Source: Calditrichia bacterium
GTDB lineage: Bacteria; Calditrichota; Calditrichia; JAJRVZ01
Assembly (NCBI GenBank): GCA_963777955.1
Contig: CAVZSQ010000013.1
Coordinates: 448,001 to 512,000, forward strand
Direction: 5' to 3'
DNA length: 64,000 nucleotides
Below are positions 31,817 to 39,835 of this stretch, in pieces. A model generated the notes under the pieces. That model was given only the letters and a program-made list of their open reading frames with translations. It searched no databases and was not told the origin of the DNA. Within the stretch, counting starts at the first letter, position 1. Each line of letters starts with the position of its first letter. The translations under genes and the position numbers were made by a program.

Positions 31817-31948
31817 TTATTTTTCTAACTTCATTTCCTCTATGACTTTCATGGTTTCAACACTAACCGTGCAAACCTTTTGCAGCAAATCGATTACCTG
31901 TTCCTTGTAATCAGCAAACCGGTAGTGTAAATCGTCAAAAACTCCCAC
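31817..31948 (-). pseudogene. Orphan C-terminal remnant of a type ISP restriction-modification enzyme
   Basis: Minus-strand translation HYRFADYKEQVIDLLQKVCTVSVETMKVIEEMKLEK*, resembling the terminal helix of LlaBIII-like type ISP proteins; in-frame TGA just upstream at 31955-31957. Confidence 0.6.
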
Positions 31949-32017
31949 CGATTTTCATGAATTTATTAATTAATGCCAGTCGGTTCATTGTTTAATTGAA
32001 AGAATTGTCAGCAAATA

Positions 32018-32935
32018 TTATTTCATATTTGTTTTATATGACTGTTTTACTAAAGACAATATGTATTCTATGTTTTCATCATCGTTTATTTGTATTTCAT
32101 AATCACCATTGCCCCAGTGTCCTACATTGGAGACATCTCTCATTAGTCCTTTCGGATCATCTAATTCGCCTTTTTTTAGGTTTATCCACAACTTTAAAGA
32201 ATTTTTTTGAACATGTATATCAACAATATTTGAACCACTGACAAATGCTATATATAATTTTTTTGGTTTAATTTCAATCTGACCTATGTTTAAAATCATT
32301 AATTTTATCTTTTCATACAGTTCAACCATTTCATCAGAAGCATCAGCAAGGTGTTCTTCTTCTGTATATACCTTAATTTCTTTACTGACTGCTTTTATAT
32401 TTTCATCTTTGATTGTGATTGTTTTTATACTTGCTTGTGCTTTTGAAGACTGAATCTGCTCGTACCCGATTGTTTGATTAGAATACTTCTTTATTATCCA
32501 TAATGAAATCGGTAAATCTTTAAAATTAATAGATTCATTCTGATAAGCAGTAAAGGAAGGTGATATAAATATTACTCTTGATTGTGACCACTCAATGTCA
32601 TCTCGTTTAATTGTGCGATTCTTATTTTCATTATATTCTAAAATAAACTCCGCCTTATTATTGAGCATTAGAGCTAGATATGTATATCCCTGATCTATGA
32701 CACTAAAATTCCTGTCTTTTTTATATTCAATTATTACAAATGATTTTGATTCACGATCAAAGGCCAATGTATCGATTCTAAAATTATTAATAAAACATTC
32801 TGATTTCACAATTTCTAAACCAAATAGTAATTCTAAGTTTTCTTCTGTTAGTTTTTGTATATCTTTTTCATATTTAAAAAATTCTTCTTTAATAAATGTT
32901 AATTTATTATCAGAATTTTGATATAAAGCCATCAA
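32018..32935 (-). CDS. PD-(D/E)XK (NucS/EndoMS-like) nuclease-fold domain plus DUF5655 domain
   Basis: EKDIQ...RIDTLAFD...VIIEYKK...QG..Y; C-terminal KKLYIAF, LDDPKGLMRDVSNVGHWGNGDYE. Confidence 0.75.
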   Translation of the reverse strand: MMALYQNSDNKLTFIKEEFFKYEKDIQKLTEENLELLFGLEIVKSECFINNFRIDTLAFDRESKSFVIIEYKKDRNFSVIDQGYTYLALMLNNKAEFILEYNENKNRTIKRDDIEWSQSRVIFISPSFTAYQNESINFKDLPISLWIIKKYSNQTIGYEQIQSSKAQASIKTITIKDENIKAVSKEIKVYTEEEHLADASDEMVELYEKIKLMILNIGQIEIKPKKLYIAFVSGSNIVDIHVQKNSLKLWINLKKGELDDPKGLMRDVSNVGHWGNGDYEIQINDDENIEYILSLVKQSYKTNMK

Positions 32936-33146
32936 ATCCTCTCTTTATTATTGCTCTAGCAATCAACATGAATGAAAAACCTACGATATATTATGAACTT
33001 TTATTTAATGGAAGAATCAAGGAATCTCGATTTGAATTTGTACTGATCTATTGATAGATATAATATAATCAGTATTTTCAAGGCACATACTGAAAATATT
33101 CCTTTACCAGTCATACGCTATCTTTGATTTGCTTAAACTAATTGAC

Positions 33147-33184
33147 AAAAAAAATCCCAAATTATTTTACAACAATTTGGGATT
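33147..33184 (-). terminator. Intrinsic terminator closing the long minus-strand adhesin/partner-switch operon
   Basis: Minus strand AATCCCAAATTGTTGTAAAATAATTTGGGATTTTTTTT: stem-loop with T-tail about 20 nt after the DUF456 stop. Confidence 0.75.
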
Positions 33185-33205
33185 CCATAGTTGGCCTGTC
33201 TATAA

Positions 33206-33709
33206 TTAATAGATTGTATACCCGATCATAATCAGCATGGTGACCGCAGCGCAGGTCTTGACCGACAATCCCCCGATTTTACCGATGAACGAACCGATTC
33301 CGGAGTTCAGTGCTGCGCGCAAATTATAGGACTTGAAGAATTCCAGCAAGGTGCCCCCTAAAAAGACTCCCAGCACAGACCCGATTATGGCACCGATGAC
33401 CGGGGTGACAAAGGCGCCGCTGATGGCTCCGGCTATTCCCCCGATAATGCTGCCGCTGATGCCCCACTTGGATGCGCCGTATCTCCTGGCTGCTACAATG
33501 ATCAGAAAATATTCTAAAGACTCGGAAATCAATACTATCAGAAAGAGGGTTAATACAAATGTGAAGGTAAAACTATTGAAACTCGTGATCAGACCATAAA
33601 CCAGTGAATCCAGGGCTATCAGTAAATTACCAGGCAGACCGAAAAAATTCGAAAAGAATGAACCCAGTACTGCGGTTAAAAAAACAATTTCAACGATCAG
33701 ATCCAACAT
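33206..33709 (-). CDS. DUF456 family membrane protein
   Basis: GLPGN, ARRYGASKWGISGSIIGGIAG, Gly-rich TM helices. Confidence 0.8.
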   Translation of the reverse strand: MLDLIVEIVFLTAVLGSFFSNFFGLPGNLLIALDSLVYGLITSFNSFTFTFVLTLFLIVLISESLEYFLIIVAARRYGASKWGISGSIIGGIAGAISGAFVTPVIGAIIGSVLGVFLGGTLLEFFKSYNLRAALNSGIGSFIGKIGGLSVKTCAAVTMLIMIGYTIY

Positions 33710-33721
33710 CGGCTGCTACAC

Positions 33722-34447
33722 CTATTTGTTTGAACCAGAGGCAAAGGCATAACGACGGGTTTTACTGTTTAATCCCAGTCTTTGCAATTCACCCCGCACC
33801 ATCAGCCAGCCAACCTTCATAAAACCATAATCTATGGTATTCAGTTGCTTCTTTATTTTATAGGCTCCGTATTCCGGATTTTTTCTGACAATCATCTTTA
33901 TTTTTTCTATTAACGATAAATCAGCAGTGGCCATTTCACCTCTTTCGATAATTGTCTCCGTTACTCCGGTCGCAGCCGCTGTTTTAGAAGCACCTGTTCC
34001 CGTAGCAGCAGTTGCTGCCGTCTCTTTACCGGCAACCACTTCCGGCTTCTTGAAACTGACTTCTTTGGCTACAGGTTTGCCCGCCGATTCCAAAACTTCG
34101 AACTTGTTGATAGCTTCGTCAACTGTGTCGTATACATCCAGAATATGATGGAATTCCAGCAACTCAAATATTTCATATACATCCGGTACCATTCGTACTA
34201 ATTTCAGATCTCCACCATTTTCCCTGATGGATTTAATTTCACTGATAAAGATACCCCAGCCCGCGCTGCTGATATAATCCACATTTCCCAGATCCACCAC
34301 AATAAAGAATCGCCCCTGTTTTAATAAAGAATCTAAAGCTCGCTCCAATTCTGAAGACGTAGTGGTATCAATGTAGCCACCCACTTTAATTATTGAAATC
34401 TGATTTCTGCTCCCGGCAACTTCTGCTGATACCTGAATGCCTTCCAT
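33722..34447 (-). CDS. STAS anti-sigma-factor antagonist (RsbV/SpoIIAA type) with Ala/Thr linker and C-terminal HTH-like extension
   Basis: GYIDTTT, VDLGNVDYISSAGWG (phosphoacceptor Ser motif), GDLKL, VYEIFELL; about 65 aa C-terminal NPEYGAYKIKKQL module. Confidence 0.9.
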   Translation of the reverse strand: MEGIQVSAEVAGSRNQISIIKVGGYIDTTTSSELERALDSLLKQGRFFIVVDLGNVDYISSAGWGIFISEIKSIRENGGDLKLVRMVPDVYEIFELLEFHHILDVYDTVDEAINKFEVLESAGKPVAKEVSFKKPEVVAGKETAATAATGTGASKTAAATGVTETIIERGEMATADLSLIEKIKMIVRKNPEYGAYKIKKQLNTIDYGFMKVGWLMVRGELQRLGLNSKTRRYAFASGSNK

Positions 34448-34477
34448 TCAACTCCTCCTTAATCTGATTGGGACAAT

Positions 34478-37400
34478 CTAACCTTGGTTAGATTTCGATA
34501 GTAAATCGAGTATTGCCTTGTTCTTCAATAAATTTTTATTGGCAATTTTTTTACGTACTGCATCCAGATCAGATTGACCAGCTGAAACATCTTTGCTCGC
34601 CTTTTCTCTGATCTGCAGATTTTTTATCCCGACTTCGTTAATCTGTTCTAGTATTGTATTCAATAATATATTTTCTTTTTTTATGTATATCAACACTTCT
34701 TTAGCATTTTCAATAACAAACTGTTCTTCCAACTCCGCACTGTTCTCTGACAAAAATTCAATTACACTGATGACCTGGGTGAACAGTTGCCTTACATTCA
34801 GCATATCTTTTAAAAGATGGTGGGTGGATATAATTTTCAGGGATAGTACAATTTTTATAAAATCTTCCTTCTTAAAATTTCCGTCCGTCCAGTTTAAAAC
34901 GACATCATCGATTAATTTTAAATCATCCTGTATCGTATCGTAAAAAGTATCCAGTTTTTCCGGAGTGATTAGCTGAACAGGTGCAGCCAGCGTGGGCACT
35001 GTTTCTGCTTTCGGTTCTTCCGGAAGCGCCTGGAAAACATTTATCGGTACTGCCACCGAAGGTATTTTAGGCGGTGGAGTTGTTTCGACTTTGGATTCAA
35101 TACTCGCTTCCTTAACCGGTGCTGCAGGCGCTTTGAGTTTGCGGAGCCGCGGCGGAGTTATTTTAGCCTCTTTCGGCTTGTAAGTTTCTGTCTTGGTTTT
35201 AAAGTCAATCCTTGGTTCAGGAAGTTTTTCCTTGACCGGCGGTTTTTCGCTGACTGGTTGAATTGCATCTGCCGCAGGTATGCCCGCCTCAGCTGTTGCC
35301 GGTTCTTCAATTCTCTTTGAAACTAATTGTTTATCAGCAAACCTTTTTTCTGATTCCAGCGGCGGGGGCGGCATGAATTCAGCCGGTGCTTTGGTCCCGC
35401 GTTTTTCCGAAATAACTTTTTCTGCCGATTCATAATTCAGGATGACCTGGCCATCCAGGGTTAACAACGGTGTTCCGGGCAGTTTGATCCGCTTACGGCC
35501 GCCCCGCTTGATAAACGCTTCACGTTTTTCGGCAGTGGTCAGACGGGCATGTTTGAGTTCTTCGTAAATACGACGGGGTTCCAACAATGTAAAACTATAC
35601 TTTTCGGTATTCAATTCATCACTGATCCGCTTGGGCCCAAATTCAGGATTATTGCGTACTACTTCAAATAACTTGGTTTTATCTTCAATACTGATATGTT
35701 TTTTCTCGATATAATCTGTCTCATATAAAGCTTCCTTCAGTCCTTCCCAGCCAACTTCTTCTTTAATACGCTTGTACTTGCGGTACATATAAGGGGATAC
35801 CAGCATCTGCTCGCAGGCTTCTTTTACCGGAACCTTGACCTCTTCAATCAACCGGAACAGTTCCTTTTGAATGGCATATATGACTTCACCCTGCATTAAC
35901 TTTTCTTTGATCGCTACAAAAGTGATGTCATCGTTCTGAGGATATCCCTGGGTATGGTGTTTGATGTCGTCTTTCACCCGCTGGATGAATTCCGATACAT
36001 CATAGTTGGAAAACCGGCGAATTACATCCAGAAAGCGTTCTTCCCGGTATAATTCACGCTTGGGATTCATGGCTTCGGTAACACCATCGGTGTACAGAAC
36101 CAGCAGATCATCTTCCCGTAAACGTATTGTATCTGCCTGTATTTTCTGATCAAACAGGGTCAGATCCGGTAATTGAATACCTACCGGAAATCCGGATGGA
36201 TTTAAATAATAGGTCTGCTTGGTGCTGCCGCGATATAAGATCATCGGATTGTGGCCGGCACTGGCATAATGAATAATACGGTTACGGCTGTCCAGCACCA
36301 GATAAAACATGGTCACGAACATACCCCGCTTCATGTCATCGGTCACGAAACGGTTGACCTTGCTCAGTACATCGGCCGGATTTTTATTGCCGCGTGCTTC
36401 CAGACGCAGAGCAGTACGGATCATGGTCATGATCAACGATCCCGGTACGCCCTTTCCGGCCACATCGGCTACGCAGATACCGATCGTATCATTATCGACT
36501 TCCACGAAGTCGAACAGGTCTCCGCCCACTTCTTTGGCCGCTTCATAATAGGAGGCCAGTTCATACCCTTTTACCTGCGGGAAGTCGCTGGGCAATAACA
36601 TCTGCTGAATTTCCTGGGCAACCTGTAATTCTTTTTGCAGACGCTGCTGCTCGATCAGGTTAACCTGGGCCTCGCGGAACTTATTGGTCATCAGGTTAAA
36701 GGCCTGGGCAATTTCACCCAATTCGTCGGAAGCATCGATATCAATTTCGTCCTCATCGATGGTACCCTGGCCGACTTCCTTGACCCAATCAGCAAGGGAA
36801 TGGAAGGGGGTAACAATGCGGTCGATCAGAAAATAACTGCCTACATAACTGATTAAAAGAATTATTATAAGGTAAATGATCAGATTGGTTTTACTCTGAC
36901 TGGCCCGTGATTGGATATAATCGTCCGGGATCCAGATATGTGCCCAGCCGATTAATTCCCCCTGGCCGCGCAAACCGGTATGGATTTCGGCGGCAAAATC
37001 ATATAAGGTCAGAGTATCCTCAGCGGTATATTTATATACGCTCAGGTAGCGCAGAGTATCTCCGGTATCCACCACAGACTTCTTTTCGGGATAGTTATAA
37101 ATCCCCTGTGATTTTAGCGGTGTACTGCCGCTGACGATCTCCCGGGCCGAGTCGACAATGAATGTCTCATAAATCAGATCAGGATTATTTTTTTTGAGTG
37201 AATGAGCAAGGGAAAACAGATCCAGATACTGGTCTTTTTGTAAATATTCGGAACTATTATCGGCCAGCGAGAGGGACTGCACTTTGATGGTCTGGATTGC
37301 CTCATTCAGATTAGTTTCATCAACCTGAAAATACAATAATGAAAAGATGACTAAAGCTAAAAAGGTAATTATCACCGAAGCTGTAATGGTATGCCGTGTG

Positions 37401-37873
37401 CGCAGGGTCAGATCTTCCCAAAGGGCTTGCGGTTTGGTCTGCGGTATGACTTCACGCTGTTTGGTCAGACGTAATTCGTTGCCGCGGCTGGTAATATTGT
37501 ACTGGACATCATCCATCAACTTGCGCATCATGAAAATGCCCAGTCCACCCTTTTTACCGATCTGGATATATTTTTCCAGGTCCGGCGTGGAAGCCTGCCG
37601 CGGATCGTAACTGATACCCTGGTCGACGACAACGATGGTCAAACTCTGCCGGCGGACAATCGCCTTGATGGTGATCTCGCCGCCCTTGATATCACGGTAG
37701 CCATGGCGGATAATGTTCGTACAGGCTTCTTCGATAACCAGTTTGAAGGAGTTGATCAGGCGGTCTTCATATCTGTACTTTTTGCCGATGTGATCGATAA
37801 AATCCCTTACCTGGCCCAGATAACTCATCTGTGCCGGTATGGCGATCAATTCCTTTCTGACATTTCGAAACAT
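34478..37873 (-). CDS. Membrane-bound RsbW-type Ser kinase / periplasmic sensor / HAMP / SpoIIE (PP2C) phosphatase fusion with HTH-like, Pro-rich and helical C-terminal domains
   Basis: EEACTNIIRHGY, DQGISYDP, GGLGIFMMRKLMDDV (HATPase_c_2); two TMs; DELGEIAQAFN (HAMP); VGGDLFD, ADVAGKG, ASAGHNP, YTDGVTEA, DDIT (SpoIIE). Confidence 0.9.
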   Translation of the reverse strand: MFRNVRKELIAIPAQMSYLGQVRDFIDHIGKKYRYEDRLINSFKLVIEEACTNIIRHGYRDIKGGEITIKAIVRRQSLTIVVVDQGISYDPRQASTPDLEKYIQIGKKGGLGIFMMRKLMDDVQYNITSRGNELRLTKQREVIPQTKPQALWEDLTLRTRHTITASVIITFLALVIFSLLYFQVDETNLNEAIQTIKVQSLSLADNSSEYLQKDQYLDLFSLAHSLKKNNPDLIYETFIVDSAREIVSGSTPLKSQGIYNYPEKKSVVDTGDTLRYLSVYKYTAEDTLTLYDFAAEIHTGLRGQGELIGWAHIWIPDDYIQSRASQSKTNLIIYLIIILLISYVGSYFLIDRIVTPFHSLADWVKEVGQGTIDEDEIDIDASDELGEIAQAFNLMTNKFREAQVNLIEQQRLQKELQVAQEIQQMLLPSDFPQVKGYELASYYEAAKEVGGDLFDFVEVDNDTIGICVADVAGKGVPGSLIMTMIRTALRLEARGNKNPADVLSKVNRFVTDDMKRGMFVTMFYLVLDSRNRIIHYASAGHNPMILYRGSTKQTYYLNPSGFPVGIQLPDLTLFDQKIQADTIRLREDDLLVLYTDGVTEAMNPKRELYREERFLDVIRRFSNYDVSEFIQRVKDDIKHHTQGYPQNDDITFVAIKEKLMQGEVIYAIQKELFRLIEEVKVPVKEACEQMLVSPYMYRKYKRIKEEVGWEGLKEALYETDYIEKKHISIEDKTKLFEVVRNNPEFGPKRISDELNTEKYSFTLLEPRRIYEELKHARLTTAEKREAFIKRGGRKRIKLPGTPLLTLDGQVILNYESAEKVISEKRGTKAPAEFMPPPPLESEKRFADKQLVSKRIEEPATAEAGIPAADAIQPVSEKPPVKEKLPEPRIDFKTKTETYKPKEAKITPPRLRKLKAPAAPVKEASIESKVETTPPPKIPSVAVPINVFQALPEEPKAETVPTLAAPVQLITPEKLDTFYDTIQDDLKLIDDVVLNWTDGNFKKEDFIKIVLSLKIISTHHLLKDMLNVRQLFTQVISVIEFLSENSAELEEQFVIENAKEVLIYIKKENILLNTILEQINEVGIKNLQIREKASKDVSAGQSDLDAVRKKIANKNLLKNKAILDLLSKSNQG

Positions 37874-37882
37874 TTAATTGTC

Positions 37883-39783
37883 CTATTTATTTTGGCTGCG
37901 TTTCAGACGATCTTCCGCACCGCTGATCGCTTCCAGTACTTTTTTATTATAGGGGTGCTGTTTTAATATTTCCTGCCAGATCTCGATGGCTTCATTATAT
38001 CGTCCTAATAAAAACTTGTCCACCCCTTCCAGATAGCGGCGTTCGGCTTCCGGTTCCATTTTTTCCGTTTCGGCCAGTGCTTCAATCTTGGATTTGGTAT
38101 AATACTGGCGGATAAACTGATTGCCCGGATCCTGCGACAATACGTCCTCAAATATTTTCAAGGCGTCTTCGTATTGCCCGATATCAAATAACATCAAACC
38201 TTTCTGGATATTTTCCTGTAATTTAACTCTTTCAACTAATGTGTCAACCTCTTTTTTCACCTGCGAGTCATCGCTGCTGAGCAGGCGGGCTTCAGACAGC
38301 AGGCGCAGTGCTTCCGAATAATTTTCCTTCTCGAATTCCTGACGGGCCCGCAAGACCAGGGCATTGATATCCTCCCTCATCCGGCGCTGGGTGGTATTGA
38401 TCGCATCCCTGATCGGCTTATTCTCAGGATCACGTTCCAGCGCCTGATTAAAAGCAATTAAAGCCTCGGTGTACTGTTTTTTATCTAAGTATAATCGGCC
38501 TTTCTGGTACTGATCTTCAATAAATTTTTTATCAACTTCGGCGCGATTTTTATCGATGGCCGCTAAGATGGCCTGGTTCTGCCGATCGTCAATTTCCCGG
38601 CTCAATAAGACATTGGCCGAATCAAGCATGATCCTGGCTTGTTGATGGAAAGGCTCCTGGTTGATCACCTCGCGGTATTCAACCACGGCATCAAGATACT
38701 TCTTTTCCCTGAAATATGCATCTGCTTTCTGTAAATGGTCGGCAATGGATTTTTGTTTATCCGCTTCGCGAATTTCAGTAATGATGCGCTCCTCCTCCAA
38801 CCGTCTTCAATTCCTGTACGATGGCAAACATTTCATCGCGATTCATGCCAAAATTGGCCGTGAGTGAAATCCGGTGAATGGAAGACAACATGCCTTCGCT
38901 ACTGGGATTACCAAAGGCATAATCGATCTGGAACATACTGTATTGCACCCCGGCACCAAAAGCGATACCATTATTGCTATAACCTAACCGGACCCTGCCC
39001 ATATCCATAAAACTGTATTCAGTTCCAAAACCTACAGCCATGTCGGTATCCACGCTTTTGTCCAGATCCAGCAGTACATTCAGCGAATTACCTTCACCAA
39101 AAAAGGGGATCTTACGGGCATATACCAAAACGGAATACCAGCGGCAGAACATCAGCTGAACCACCTTCGCCCACCTGTGGCGGAAATAGATTTTCCAGAT
39201 TGAGACCTAACGACCAGTCACGCATATACGGGGAGAGACTGAAAGTCGGCCGGTACATTAATCCTAAATCCATGCCCACACCAACGCCTACTGTCTTGCC
39301 ATAACCGGTCAGACCGGGCCAGGCCGAGCGGTTTACTTTGACGGATAAACCGCCTGCCAGATCCCAGGGAAGTTTCAGACCATATGAAAAATACACCTGA
39401 TATCTTTCCCGCGAAAAGGTAGCCAGATCCTCAAAATTTCGATTGGTTTGGGGAATATCCCCAATTCCTATCCGTGCAATACCTATGGCGAAGGTACCCA
39501 GATCCAGGGTTGGATAGGCATATCCTAGAAAGTCATAAGAGGCACCTTCGTACAGGGAAGCATGAAATAAGGTCACGCTCTGCTGGTAGATGTAATCCAG
39601 ACCGGCCGGATTCCAATAAACAGCAGTGGGATCATCGGCCAGTGCTGTAAAGGCATTGCCCATGCCCATGGCCCGGGCCCCAAAGCCAAAATCAAACAAA
39701 CTGCGCGTGCCGGCCTGCCCATTTCCATCCTGGGCCATCAATATGCCGGGCAAGAATATCAGAAGTAATAAAAATTTCTTCAT
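37883..39783 (-). CDS. PorV/UPF0164-like outer-membrane barrel fused to C-terminal TPR domains; split into ORFs 39112-39822, 38775-39164 and 37883-38800 by two apparent +1 indels
   Basis: Signal peptide MKKFLLL, GARAMGMGNAFTALADDPTAVYWNPAGL, GMDLGLMY, IDYAF...IHRISL; then TPR repeats (YTEALIAFNQALERDPEN). Confidence 0.8.
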
Positions 39784-39835
39784 AGGCATACCCTGTATAT
39801 ACTTATAACTTTTAATTCTCATCTCGACAACTCAC

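Noticed and set aside
32936..33146. tRNA or att site bounding the AT-rich islet
   Set aside because: No cloverleaf/T-loop motif or matching direct repeat at the 29.8-kb boundary could be found by eye
35500..35875. Active IS481-like insertion sequence inside the phosphatase gene
   Set aside because: No DDE catalytic domain, terminal inverted repeats or target-site duplication; the segment is in frame within a 1131-aa ORF, so it is treated as a domesticated domain
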